Source of the DNA: an uncultured Clostridia bacterium
GTDB taxonomy: Bacteria; Bacillota; Clostridia; TANB77; CAG-465
Direction: 5' to 3'
DNA length: 64,000 nucleotides
Assembly (NCBI GenBank): GCA_934149365.1
Contig: CAKPEI010000004.1
Span: forward strand, 112,487 to 176,486
A program made the position numbers and the translations under genes. Positions 19,339-29,309 of the stretch are shown piece after piece. The notes below the pieces were generated by a model. It had not been told where the DNA came from. It was given only the letters and a program-made list of their open reading frames with translations, and searched no databases. How positions within the stretch are numbered: the first letter of the stretch is position 1; each line of letters begins with the position of its first letter.

Positions 19339-19911
19339 ATGAAAATAAGGTTAGCAGGCGATATACAGACTGATAGTATAGTTGATGGTGAAGGAATAAG
19401 AACGGTTATATGGACACAAGGATGTTCACATAATTGTAAAGGTTGTCACAATCCAGAAACTCATGACCATACAAAAGGAAATTTGGTAGATGTAGAAGAA
19501 ATTAAAGAAAAGCTTTCTAAAGTAAGTAATCAAGATGGAGTTACACTATCTGGAGGAGATCCTTTCTTCCAGGTAGAAGCTTCAGGAGAGATTGCTAAGT
19601 TCTGTAAAGAAAATAACTTGAATGTGTGGGCGTATACTGGTTTTACATTTGAAAAGTTAAATGAGATGTCAAAACATAATGAGAAACTTAGAGAGTTTAT
19701 GCAGAACATAGATGTCTTAGTAGATGGTAAATTTGAGCTTGAACAAAGGAGTTTGAATTTGAAGTTTAAAGGTTCTAGAAACCAAAGAGTTTTGGACATG
19801 CAGGAAAGCCTTAAAGAGGATAAGCCGGTTGTTATAGAAAAGTACAATAAAGAAAGCGTATTTTTAGGTTATGATTGCACCAAAAAAGAAAAAGAATTTA
19901 TGTATATATAA
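19339..19911 (+). CDS. nrdG: Anaerobic ribonucleotide reductase activating protein (radical SAM)
   Basis: CSHNCKGCHN (CxxxCxxC) cluster. Lies directly downstream of nrdD. ATG at 19339 follows AAAGGTGG and is preferred over the listed GTG at 19330. Confidence 0.9.
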   Translation: MKIRLAGDIQTDSIVDGEGIRTVIWTQGCSHNCKGCHNPETHDHTKGNLVDVEEIKEKLSKVSNQDGVTLSGGDPFFQVEASGEIAKFCKENNLNVWAYTGFTFEKLNEMSKHNEKLREFMQNIDVLVDGKFELEQRSLNLKFKGSRNQRVLDMQESLKEDKPVVIEKYNKESVFLGYDCTKKEKEFMYI

Positions 19912-19913
19912 AA

Positions 19914-19946
19914 AGATGCACGGGATTTTTCCCGTGCATCTGATTT
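19914..19946. terminator. Bidirectional terminator between nrdG and the convergent small membrane gene
   Basis: Perfect 12-bp stem agatgcacggga (19914-19925) / tcccgtgcatct (19930-19941). Confidence 0.85.
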
Positions 19947-19955
19947 GTTATAGCA

Positions 19956-20285
19956 TCATAATAATGCTATTAGCAGGTTCAAAATAAACAGAATAAAGAA
20001 AGTAGCACTACATACATATGCAATTATTGAAGGCACTTTCTCGCTGTTTTCTTTTGAAATAGAACCAGAGATAAATTCCATAAACGAAATAGCCAATAAT
20101 ACAACAAGTTGAAGTATCATGAAGAATGGCGTTTTAAATACTGCATTGAAGAGTATTACGAATAAATTGTACAGAAAAGCCATCATCACGATGAATGAAA
20201 AACTTAAACTATGATCGTAACACCAGTTGTAAAGCTTGTTGTACGGATTGATTTTCCGAAGAAATAAGTTTAATTTAAAAAACAT
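19956..20285 (-). CDS. Hypothetical small membrane protein
   Basis: 109-aa ORF with about three hydrophobic helices. No motif recognised. Confidence 0.5.
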   Translation of the reverse strand: MFFKLNLFLRKINPYNKLYNWCYDHSLSFSFIVMMAFLYNLFVILFNAVFKTPFFMILQLVVLLAISFMEFISGSISKENSEKVPSIIAYVCSATFFILFILNLLIALL

Positions 20286-20298
20286 ACTATCTACTCCT

Positions 20299-20622
20299 TT
20301 ATATTTTTTTTAGTTGTAATACCATTAATACCCATCTTGAAGGAGCAAGTTTTCCATATAAATTTCTGTAATATTTTATAGTAGTACTTTTGGATAAACC
20401 GACATTGAAGTTTTTAAAATTAATATTATCTAACACGTCATTGATTGTGGGGAAAATCTGAATATAAATTACTTGAAAAGTATTTTCTTTCCATTTTATT
20501 ATATCGTTATTATTTATCGAGGTGTCTTTAAGTTTACGTATTAATATGGGTTTTATAGTCCAGAATGTTTCACTATTATTTGATTTAGATATTTCCTTGA
20601 TTGGAATTTTTAAATATAGCAA
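20299..20622 (-). CDS. Hypothetical protein
   Basis: 107-aa ORF directly upstream of, and co-oriented with, the membrane protein gene. No motif recognised. Confidence 0.45.
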   Translation of the reverse strand: MLYLKIPIKEISKSNNSETFWTIKPILIRKLKDTSINNNDIIKWKENTFQVIYIQIFPTINDVLDNINFKNFNVGLSKSTTIKYYRNLYGKLAPSRWVLMVLQLKKI

Positions 20623-20722
20623 TACCTTACTCCTTTCAAATTATTTCCGGGATTAATAGTGATTACGTAGTACATTATATCATACGTGTCAATAGGTAGG
20701 AGAAATAAAATTTACATAACAA

Positions 20723-21328
20723 TTATGAGCATATGGCACCATAAGCTTCAGCTATCATAACTGACGTTTCTAAATTAACTTTTGTGTTACTAAATATCAT
20801 ATTTTTTATTGGAGTATATGCTAAATTCGTTTCTCTTAAATCAGCGTTTTTGAAATTACAGCGATTAAGATTGGCATAAGATAAATTAACATTTTTTAGC
20901 TTAGCTCCTTCAAATGAACTCTCTGATAAATCGGCTCTTTCAAAATTGGTGTTTTCAAGTATATGATTTTTAAACGATGCTCCTCTTAGATTCACGTAAG
21001 ACCAATCACCTTGTATAATATTTAAGCCAGTAGTATTGCTACCAGCAAAATTTGATCCTGTTAATTTACATTCTTTAAATGTAGAGAGAAACAAGGTTGT
21101 ATTTTCAAAGTTACAATTTGTAAATGCAGAATTTTCACACAATATGTTTTTCATGTCAGCAAGATTAAAGTTGCAAGAATTAAATCTTGAATTTGTTATA
21201 TTTGCTTCCGATATATTTGATAATTTAAAATTACAGTTCGTAAATTCGCAGCCTTGTATTTGAACTTCTGTAAAATCTTCTGATGAAAAATCCTCATTTT
21301 CATAACTTGTATTTGGAAGAATATTCAT
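20723..21328 (-). CDS. Pentapeptide-repeat protein of Qnr/MfpA-like size
   Basis: Continuous A(D/N)LxX-type pentapeptide repeats (..ANLNRCNFKNADLRETNLAY..). ATG at 21328 follows AAAGGTGA and is preferred over the listed 21397. Confidence 0.8.
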   Translation of the reverse strand: MNILPNTSYENEDFSSEDFTEVQIQGCEFTNCNFKLSNISEANITNSRFNSCNFNLADMKNILCENSAFTNCNFENTTLFLSTFKECKLTGSNFAGSNTTGLNIIQGDWSYVNLRGASFKNHILENTNFERADLSESSFEGAKLKNVNLSYANLNRCNFKNADLRETNLAYTPIKNMIFSNTKVNLETSVMIAEAYGAICS

Positions 21329-21454
21329 AATATCACCTTTTAAAATTATTCTATTTTTATGCTCTTGACTATATATTATATATTGTATATAATACAAAAA
21401 GCAATAGGTTGTAATTACTTTATATTTTTGAAAAAATATTAAGGAAGTGATAAT

Positions 21455-22675
21455 ATGAGTTATTTAGAAATGAATGATAAGGAAATATACGATATAATAA
21501 AAAAAGAGGAGGCAAGGCAAAATAATAATATTGAGCTTATAGCCTCTGAAAATTTTGTAAGCCCAGGTGTCTTAGAAGCAGTTGGAAGCATACTTACTAA
21601 TAAATATGCGGAAGGATATCCAAATGAGAGATATTATGGTGGATGCGTAAATATAGATGAAATAGAGACATTAGCAATAGAAAGAGCAAAAAAACTCTTT
21701 GGAGCAGAATATGCCAATGTTCAACCACATAGCGGTAGCCAGGCAAATATGGCAGTATATATGACGATTTTAAATCCAGGTGATACAGTACTTGGCATGG
21801 ACCTATCAAATGGAGGACACTTAACACATGGTAGTAAGGTTAATTTCTCTGGTAAATTGTACAATTTCATATCTTATGGAGTAGATGAAAATGGATATAT
21901 AGATTATGAAGATGTAAGAAAAAAAGCGTTGGAAAACAAACCTAAACTTATTTTAGCAGGTGCAAGTGCTTACCCAAGGAAAATAGATTTTAAGAAGTTT
22001 AGAGAAATAGCCGATGAAGTAGGAGCTTACTTTATGGTGGATATGGCGCACATTGCAGGGTTAGTTGCCGCAGGAGAACATGAATCACCGGTGCCTTATG
22101 CTGACTTTGTCACAACAACTACCCATAAAACATTAAGAGGACCTAGAGCAGGACTTATTCTTTGTAAAGAAGAATATGGTAAAAAGATAGATAAAACAGT
22201 GTTCCCTGGAATGCAAGGAGGCCCACTTGAGCATGTTATAGCAGGTAAAGCTGTTTGTTTCAAAGAGGCTATGACAGATGAATTTAAGAAATATATACAT
22301 CAAGTTGTTTTAAACACAAGAAGGTTAGCAGAAGAACTTACAAAGAGAGGATATAATTTGGTATCTGGTGGAACAGACAATCATTTGATGTTAGTTGATT
22401 TAAGAAATAAAAAATTAACTGGAAAAGAGGCAGAGGAGCTTTTAGATAGTGTTAATATAACTGTTAATAAAAATGCAGTACCAAATGATCCTGAAAAGCC
22501 AAAAGTTACAAGTGGTATAAGAATAGGTACAGCTGCTTGTACTACCAAAGGATTAAAAGAAGAAGATATGGTGGACTTGGCAGATGCCATAGATTTAGCA
22601 TTATCTAAAAAAGATGGAAGTATATTGAAAGCCAAAGAAATGGTAGAAAAAATAGTTAGGAGGTACAATAGTTAG
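21455..22675 (+). CDS. glyA: Serine hydroxymethyltransferase
   Basis: 406 aa. PLP-lysine motif [12 protein letters not shown] and N-terminal ELIASENF. Confidence 0.97.
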   Translation: MSYLEMNDKEIYDIIKKEEARQNNNIELIASENFVSPGVLEAVGSILTNKYAEGYPNERYYGGCVNIDEIETLAIERAKKLFGAEYANVQPHSGSQANMAVYMTILNPGDTVLGMDLSNGGHLTHGSKVNFSGKLYNFISYGVDENGYIDYEDVRKKALENKPKLILAGASAYPRKIDFKKFREIADEVGAYFMVDMAHIAGLVAAGEHESPVPYADFVTTTTHKTLRGPRAGLILCKEEYGKKIDKTVFPGMQGGPLEHVIAGKAVCFKEAMTDEFKKYIHQVVLNTRRLAEELTKRGYNLVSGGTDNHLMLVDLRNKKLTGKEAEELLDSVNITVNKNAVPNDPEKPKVTSGIRIGTAACTTKGLKEEDMVDLADAIDLALSKKDGSILKAKEMVEKIVRRYNS

Positions 22676-24708
22676 TGGCAGGCAAATTAGTAATAGTGGA
22701 ATCACCTTCAAAAGCAAAAACTATTAAAAAGTATTTGGGAAAAGACTATGAAGTCATAGCTTCACAAGGACATATAATTGATTTACCAGCAAGTAGGATG
22801 GGAGTCGACTTAGAGAATGATTTTAAACCTGAATATATTAAAATGAAGGGAAAGGCTAAAATAATAAAAGAAATTAAAACTGAAGCAAAGAATAAAGATA
22901 TAGTTTATCTTGCAACTGACCCTGATAGAGAGGGAGAAGCAATAGCGTGGCATCTTAGAAACGAGCTTAATATACCAGAGAAAGAAAAATGCAGAATAGA
23001 ATTTAATGAAATCACAAAATCTGCAGTTACTGATGCCGTTAAAAAGGCAAGAACGGTTGACATGGATTTAGTTAATGCTCAGCAAGCAAGAAGAATACTA
23101 GATAGAATTGTTGGTTATCAAATAAGTCCTTTGCTTTGGAAAAAGGTAAAAAGAGGGCTTAGTGCAGGTCGTGTTCAATCAGTAGCTCTTAGAATTATAA
23201 TGGACAGAGAAAACGAAATAAGAAATTTTGTGCCTGAAGAATATTGGGAACTTAATGCGTTACTTAATAAACAAAATAGTAAAGAGGAAATATTTGCTAG
23301 GTTTTATGGAGATAAAAAAGGAAAAATAAACTTAAATAATGAAGCTCAAGTAAATGAAATAGTAAGTAAAATAGATGGAAAGAAATATCAAGTTACAGAA
23401 GTGAAAAAAAGCGAGAGGAAAAAGAACCCTCCAGCACCATTTACAACATCTAGTCTGCAACAAGATGCTTCAAGAAAATTTGGCTTTCCTGTAAAAAAAA
23501 CTATGATGATAGCTCAAAGGCTATATGAAGCTGGATATATAACATATATGAGAACAGATTCTATTAGAATATCTGAAGAAGCACTTAAAATGGCGAAAGA
23601 TTATATCACTAAAAATTTTGGAACTAAATATTACATGAGTAGAGTGTTTAAGAGCAAATCTAATTCTCAAGATGCTCACGAAGCCATAAGACCAACATCT
23701 CTTGGAAATGTAGATGGCATGACTCTAGACAAAGATTCTATGAAACTATATACACTAATATATAATAGATTCTTAGCAAGCCAAATGCAACCTGCTGTGT
23801 ACGATACAGTTAAAGTTACTATAGGAGTTTCTGATTATATTTTTAATGCAACAGGATCTACAATTAAATTTGATGGATATATGAAATTATATATAGAAAC
23901 TAAAGAAGATAGTGATGAAGAAACAGAAAATTCTAAGCTTCCGGAGCTGGAAAAAGGCGAAGTGTTAAAGCAGAAAAAACTAGATTTTAAGCAGAAGTTC
24001 ACAGAGCCACCTTCAAGATATACAGAGGCTAGCTTAGTAAAAGTACTTGAAGAGAAAGGGATTGGAAGACCAAGTACATATGCTCCAACTATTTCGACAA
24101 TTATCGAAAGAGTATATGTTGAAAAAGATAAAAAGTATCTAGTTCCAACTGATTTAGGAGAAGTAGTAAATGATATAATGGTTAAATATTTTAAAGATAT
24201 TGTAGATATAACATTTACCGCTAATATGGAACACAAGTTGGATGAAATATCTGAAGGCAATGTAGAGTATGTTGGAATGCTTAAGGAATTCTATGGGCCT
24301 TTTAAGAAAAATTTAGAAGACGTTCAAGATAAAATAGAGAAGGTAAAGCTAAAAGAAGAAGTAACAGATGTTATTTGTGAATTCTGTGGAAGAAATATGG
24401 TTATAAAACAAGGCAGATATGGAAAATTCTTAGCTTGTCCAGGATATCCTGAGTGTAAAAATGCAAAACCAATTGTAGAAGAAATAAATGAGAAATGTCC
24501 TAGATGTGGTGGAAAAATAATAGTTAAGAAAACTAAGACAAGAAGAAGTTTTTATGTTTGTGAGAATAATACTAATGATGAAAATAAAACTTGCGATTAC
24601 ATTTCTTGGACTAAACCAAGTCAAGAGGGAAAGAAAAAAGTAACTAGAAAAACTACTAAAAAGAAAAAGACTACTAAGAAAAAAACAGCTACTAAAAAAT
24701 CTAAGTAA
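22675..24708 (+). CDS. topA: DNA topoisomerase I
   Basis: GTG start shares its G with the glyA TAG stop. AGGAGG at 22658-22663. TOPRIM IVESPSKAKTI, active-site YITYMRTDS, C-terminal CxxC zinc ribbons and a Lys-rich tail. Confidence 0.95.
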   Translation: MAGKLVIVESPSKAKTIKKYLGKDYEVIASQGHIIDLPASRMGVDLENDFKPEYIKMKGKAKIIKEIKTEAKNKDIVYLATDPDREGEAIAWHLRNELNIPEKEKCRIEFNEITKSAVTDAVKKARTVDMDLVNAQQARRILDRIVGYQISPLLWKKVKRGLSAGRVQSVALRIIMDRENEIRNFVPEEYWELNALLNKQNSKEEIFARFYGDKKGKINLNNEAQVNEIVSKIDGKKYQVTEVKKSERKKNPPAPFTTSSLQQDASRKFGFPVKKTMMIAQRLYEAGYITYMRTDSIRISEEALKMAKDYITKNFGTKYYMSRVFKSKSNSQDAHEAIRPTSLGNVDGMTLDKDSMKLYTLIYNRFLASQMQPAVYDTVKVTIGVSDYIFNATGSTIKFDGYMKLYIETKEDSDEETENSKLPELEKGEVLKQKKLDFKQKFTEPPSRYTEASLVKVLEEKGIGRPSTYAPTISTIIERVYVEKDKKYLVPTDLGEVVNDIMVKYFKDIVDITFTANMEHKLDEISEGNVEYVGMLKEFYGPFKKNLEDVQDKIEKVKLKEEVTDVICEFCGRNMVIKQGRYGKFLACPGYPECKNAKPIVEEINEKCPRCGGKIIVKKTKTRRSFYVCENNTNDENKTCDYISWTKPSQEGKKKVTRKTTKKKKTTKKKTATKKSK

Positions 24709-24719
24709 AGGTGAGTTAT

Positions 24720-25584
24720 ATGAGTGAAAGTAAAAAAGAAGTGAAAAAGGTGGGCATCATTCGGCATAGTTGCCAACCTTTTCTTATTAGCCTTAAAGTT
24801 TTTGGGAGGCATATTTTTTAAATCTCAAGGTCTTATTGCTGATGCAATAAATAGTTTTGGAGACGTATTTTCATCTGTTGTTACTTTAATAGGTGGCAAA
24901 ATAGCTGAAAAACCAGAAGATATCGATCACGAATTTGGACACGGAAAGGCAGAATATGTTGCATCATTTTTGATAGGAATATTTATGATAATAGTTGGCT
25001 TAGATACGCTATATAGCAGCGCTAGAGCAGCTATATATAATCAAAGTTTTGAACTTTCATATATGCTTGTACTTATTCCACTTATAACTATATTTGTAAA
25101 AACAATATTATACGTTTTAGTTAAATTTATAGCTAAAAAGAAAAAGAGTGTTTTAATTGAGGCCAATGCAGCAGATCATAGAAATGATGTTATGGTGTCT
25201 ATAGGTGTTCTTGTTGGAATTGTATTTGGGTATAGTGGTTACTATTTTGTAGATGGTATAATAGGAACAATAATTTCTATAATAATTATTGTAACTGGAA
25301 TTAAAATAGCAAGAGAAGCTTATGATATATTAATAGATAAATGTATAGATGCTAATATATCAAAAGAATTAAAAGAACAAATAATGGAATTTAATGGAGT
25401 TAATCATATAGATGAAGTAAAATCAAAGCCCACAGGAGATAAACATATACTTATTGTTAAAATATCTGTAGATCCAAACATGACTGTCTTAGAGAGCCAT
25501 AAAATAGCCGGAATGATAAGAGATAAAATGAGGAAGAATGATAAAATATATGATACAATAGTTCATATAAATCCGGATGTATAA
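24720..25584 (+). pseudogene. Cation diffusion facilitator (CDF) efflux transporter with an apparent +1 frameshift near nt 24762
   Basis: ATG at 24720 gives MSESKKEVKKVGII, then the frame stops. Shifting +1 at 24762 (att-c-ggc) continues GIVANLFLLALKFLGGIFFKSQGLIADAINSFGD, a typical CDF TM1. The listed ORF (TTG at 24802) would lack most of TM1. Confidence 0.6.
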
Positions 25585-25591
25585 TAAAAAG

Positions 25592-25615
25592 AACTGGTTT
25601 TAAGCCAGTTTTTTT
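25592..25615. terminator. Short bidirectional terminator
   Basis: aactgg (25592-25597) / ccagtt (25605-25610), flanked by an A run and a T run. Confidence 0.5.
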
Positions 25616-25616
25616 A

Positions 25617-26345
25617 CTATATTTTTAATGTATATGAAAGTACGCAGAAGAAATGACAAATTGAACCTCCAAGTACAAATATATGAAATATTGAATGAAA
25701 ATATTTCACTTTTTTTAATGAGTAAAAAATAATTCCAACAGTATAAGTTATTCCTCCTATTATAAGCCAATATATGCTTGATATACAATTTATTGTACTT
25801 AATTCTTTAAGTAAAGCTGGAATTAAGAAAAGTGCACTCCATCCCATTAAAGCATAAGAAGTTACATTTAGTACCTTAAATTTTCTTGGAAATACAGAGT
25901 ATAAAATAGTTCCTAATATTGCCATAAGCCATACAAATCCAAATACTATCCAAGTAGTTTTACCAGTATTTCTTAATACTGTAAAAGTAAGTGGAGTGAA
26001 AGTTCCTGCAATTAAAAAGTATATTGAACAATGATCAAATACTTGTAATACTTTTTTGGCCCTTTCGTTTGATATCGAATGGTATAGAGTAGACATCGTA
26101 TATAACAGTATTAGAGTTCCACCATATATAGTTACGCCTACAACGTCAATAGCAGTTCCATCATGTTTAACAGTGAATACAATAAGAAGTACTAGGGCAG
26201 CTATTGCAAGAAGTGCTCCAATTCCATGCACAACACTGCTGAAAATTTCTTCACCTAAAGAATATTTTTTTGCTGTTTCTTTTTTCTTTGGGTTAAGCTC
26301 ATTTAGCTTTTGTTCCTCTAATTTTTGTATTATTATATCACTCAT
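25617..26345 (-). CDS. Hemolysin III / PAQR family membrane protein
   Basis: 242 aa with 7 TM helices. Motifs SSVVHGIGALLA .. STLYHS .. FDHCSIY .. HIFVLGGSICHFF. Confidence 0.85.
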   Translation of the reverse strand: MSDIIIQKLEEQKLNELNPKKKETAKKYSLGEEIFSSVVHGIGALLAIAALVLLIVFTVKHDGTAIDVVGVTIYGGTLILLYTMSTLYHSISNERAKKVLQVFDHCSIYFLIAGTFTPLTFTVLRNTGKTTWIVFGFVWLMAILGTILYSVFPRKFKVLNVTSYALMGWSALFLIPALLKELSTINCISSIYWLIIGGITYTVGIIFYSLKKVKYFHSIFHIFVLGGSICHFFCVLSYTLKI

Positions 26346-26346
26346 T

Positions 26347-27411
26347 TTAAACTATAGTTCCTCCTCCTATAACAATATTATTATCATAAAAAACAATTGC
26401 TTGGCCAGGTGTAATAGCACGTTGTGGCTCTTTGAATACAACTTTTACGTCACCGTTTTCTAAAGGAAAAATAGTTGCTTCTGCTTTTTTTGCAGAGTAT
26501 CTTATTTTTGCTAAGACTACCATTGGTTTTGTTAAGCTTTCAAATGGCATAAAATTACATTTTGTGCAGATTAATGTGTTAGAAAATAGTTTATCATTTT
26601 TATCTAAAATAACTTGATTACCCTTAACATCTAATTTTGTAACGTAAAGAGGTTCTTTCAAAGAAAGGCCTAAGCCTCTTCTTTGTCCTACGGTATAATG
26701 TATAATACCTTTATGTTTTCCTAATACCTTGCCAGTTTCGTTTTCAACAAAATTACCTGGTTTTGATTTGTAGTTGTAATTTTCCTCAATGAATTTTGCA
26801 TAATCATCGTCCTCAACAAAGCATATTTCTTGGCTGTCTGATTTATTGGCAACCCCAAGACCATTATCTAAAGCAATTTTTCTTACTTCTTCTTTGGTAT
26901 ATTTACCAAGAGGCATTAATATATGTTTTAGTTGTTCTTGTTTTAGATTATATAATACGTAAGTTTGATCTTTATTTGCAGCTTCTGATTCTACAATATA
27001 GTATCTACCATTTTTCTTGTTATATTCAACATTTGCATAATGTCCTGTTGCAATATAATCGGCATGAAATGTGTTTAAAGCTTGATTTAAAAGCTCTTCA
27101 AATTTTACATATCTATTACACGCTACACAAGGGTTTGGTGTATGACCTTCCATATATTCTTTAGCAAAATAGTCTATAACATTTTTTTTGAATGTATCTT
27201 TAAAGTTTAAAGTATAAAATGGTATCCCTATTTGCTCGCAAACTTTTTTTGCATCATTTATAGATGATATATTAGAACAGGGTTTATTAGATGAAGGATT
27301 GGGCAATAAATCTAAGTTTACACCAATAACTTCATATCCTTGATTTTTAAGTAGCAAAGCACATACAGAACTGTCTACGCCACCACTCATTCCTACAATT
27401 ACTTTTTTCAT
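26347..27411 (-). CDS. mnmA: tRNA 2-thiouridine(34) synthase
   Basis: PP-loop VGMSGGVDSSV. 354 aa, with C-terminal GQAIVFYD typical of MnmA. Confidence 0.95.
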   Translation of the reverse strand: MKKVIVGMSGGVDSSVCALLLKNQGYEVIGVNLDLLPNPSSNKPCSNISSINDAKKVCEQIGIPFYTLNFKDTFKKNVIDYFAKEYMEGHTPNPCVACNRYVKFEELLNQALNTFHADYIATGHYANVEYNKKNGRYYIVESEAANKDQTYVLYNLKQEQLKHILMPLGKYTKEEVRKIALDNGLGVANKSDSQEICFVEDDDYAKFIEENYNYKSKPGNFVENETGKVLGKHKGIIHYTVGQRRGLGLSLKEPLYVTKLDVKGNQVILDKNDKLFSNTLICTKCNFMPFESLTKPMVVLAKIRYSAKKAEATIFPLENGDVKVVFKEPQRAITPGQAIVFYDNNIVIGGGTIV

Positions 27412-27593
27412 AATTTATCCTTTCATTTAACATATATATTTTACAACAAAAGAGACTTTAAATCAACTTGTATTAAAATATATATAACTTGAAAATTGCA
27501 ATAATGCATAGTTTATGATATAATGCTTTACATAATGAAAGCTAGTACATATCTAATTAGATATGAATAAAAACTAATTAGGAGGAATTTTCT

Positions 27594-28259
27594 ATGAAGA
27601 AGATGACCAAAAAAGTGCTAGCGGTGTTATGCATAATATTTATGGCTTTCATTATGTATGAAATTTTGGTTCAAAACAATAGTGAGAACATACAAAATGA
27701 GATTGTGCAAAATGAGGAAAAATTGAAAACAGATGCAGAACTCACTAAAGAGATTGTTCAAAAGAATTTAGAAAAAGTAACTAGAATACAGGAGATGATA
27801 GATACTGAGCCTGAAATAGTTGTATTAAAAGAAAAAGGTCATATGATATTAGAGCATGATAAGGTTAAGGAAAAAAATAAACTTATTGATTGGCTTGTAT
27901 TTTCAGGAATTGAAATTAATGTAAAATATACAGCCAGTCTTAGCATAAGTTCAAGTGATATTGATATATATTTTGATGAAGAAAGTGAAAATATTAATAT
28001 TATTTTAGATACTCAAAAAATTAAACTGCATGCTATTAACATTGATGATATTATTTTATGCACTAAAAAAGGACTTATAGCTAAAGGATATTCTCCAAGT
28101 GAAGTTACAGCACTTACAATGATTGCAAAAGAAAAAATAGAAGAGCAGATTTCAAATGATAGTGGACTAATGTTTCTAGCTGAAATGAATTTAAAATCAT
28201 ATCTGCAAAATCTTGCATACAGTATGGGAATATTTAATGTTGAAATCGTACAAAAATAG
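27594..28259 (+). CDS. Hypothetical membrane-anchored protein (possibly DUF4230-like)
   Basis: AGGAGG SD, N-terminal TM helix, 221 aa. The DUF4230 resemblance is from memory only. Confidence 0.5.
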   Translation: MKKMTKKVLAVLCIIFMAFIMYEILVQNNSENIQNEIVQNEEKLKTDAELTKEIVQKNLEKVTRIQEMIDTEPEIVVLKEKGHMILEHDKVKEKNKLIDWLVFSGIEINVKYTASLSISSSDIDIYFDEESENINIILDTQKIKLHAINIDDIILCTKKGLIAKGYSPSEVTALTMIAKEKIEEQISNDSGLMFLAEMNLKSYLQNLAYSMGIFNVEIVQK

Positions 28260-28269
28260 AAATAAAAGA

Positions 28270-28300
28270 AAAATAGCAGTTTTTTCTGCTATTTTTTCTT
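28270..28300 (+). terminator. Rho-independent terminator
   Basis: aaaatagcag (28270-28279) / ctgctatttt (28286-28295) plus T run. Confidence 0.8.
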
Positions 28301-28357
28301 TTTCTAGTTGATTTAAAAATAATAACTGGTATAATTATTATGTGGGAGAGGATGTAA

Positions 28358-28780
28358 GTGAAAAACACAAAAAAGAAAAAATATAAAGCATCAAAAAGAA
28401 CGTGGATAATATTATCAATATTTTTATTAGTTTTAATTTGTATAATAACGGGAGTTTTGTTATATACTAACTCAGAAAAATATGAAAAGAAAAAAGTAGA
28501 AAAAACAATGGAAAAATGGGCAAAAGAGTATTATACTGATCAACTAGTTAAAGTAGCATCAGGTTACATTAAAACAAAAGCTGAAAGAGATGAAAGCATA
28601 ACTATAAATATAGATGCACTTAAAAAGTATGGAAAAGATACGTCGCAAATAAAAAATACAAAGAAAAATAAACAATGTAACGATATAGAAAGTTATGTGT
28701 CTATAAAAATAAAAAAAGATGCAAAAAATATAGCAAAAGATTTCATATTAGAAAAAGTAGTATTGGATTGTTTTGAATAA
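28358..28780 (+). CDS. Hypothetical Lys-rich membrane-anchored protein
   Basis: GTG start behind gggagagga. N-terminal TM helix. 140 aa. Confidence 0.5.
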   Translation: MKNTKKKKYKASKRTWIILSIFLLVLICIITGVLLYTNSEKYEKKKVEKTMEKWAKEYYTDQLVKVASGYIKTKAERDESITINIDALKKYGKDTSQIKNTKKNKQCNDIESYVSIKIKKDAKNIAKDFILEKVVLDCFE

Positions 28781-28859
28781 TAAAAAAAACAGTATTACAC
28801 ATACTATTTGAGTAATAGAAGTTTTGCTATTAATAAATTAAGTTATGGAGGTGATGTGT

Positions 28860-29204
28860 GTGAAAAAATTAGCTGTTGTTTTAATAATTCTTGTAATACT
28901 ATTTGGAATATTACCTGTATGTTTTGCTACGAATGTAGAAGATACTACAAAAACAAATGATAGTACAGAAGTAATACCAAAAGAAGTAGTCGATGATACA
29001 GATGATATTGATGACATAAATGATGTTGATGATAGTGATACAATAGTAATAAGCGATACTTTAGAAACTAAACCAGTAGAAACAGAAGTGAATAAAGAAA
29101 ATGCTACTAGAGTATGGACAATAAGCTTGGCAGTAGTTGCAATCTTAATTGTTATAGGAGTTTGTATTTATTATATGACAAATCCAAAAGTAAATAAAAA
29201 GTAA
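28860..29204 (+). CDS. Hypothetical secreted/anchored acidic protein
   Basis: GTG at 28860 is 8 nt after GGAGG (28847-28851). Signal-like N-terminus, Asp-rich middle (DDTDDIDDINDVDDSD) and a C-terminal TM helix. Confidence 0.5.
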   Translation: MKKLAVVLIILVILFGILPVCFATNVEDTTKTNDSTEVIPKEVVDDTDDIDDINDVDDSDTIVISDTLETKPVETEVNKENATRVWTISLAVVAILIVIGVCIYYMTNPKVNKK

Positions 29205-29309
29205 TTTAAGAGTCCTAAAAAAAGAGAGGTAAATCTCTCTTTTTTGTCGTTTTTTGACACATTATTTTTCTTGACTTGATACTATTGAAATATATAATTA
29301 AGTTAAGAG

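Noticed and set aside
23835-24260. 141-aa ORF antisense to topA
   Set aside because: It lies entirely inside a strongly supported conserved gene, is Ser/Leu-rich low complexity, and has no SD.
26056-26463. 135-aa + strand ORF spanning the hlyIII/mnmA junction
   Set aside because: It overlaps two well-supported - strand genes, so it is a typical shadow ORF.
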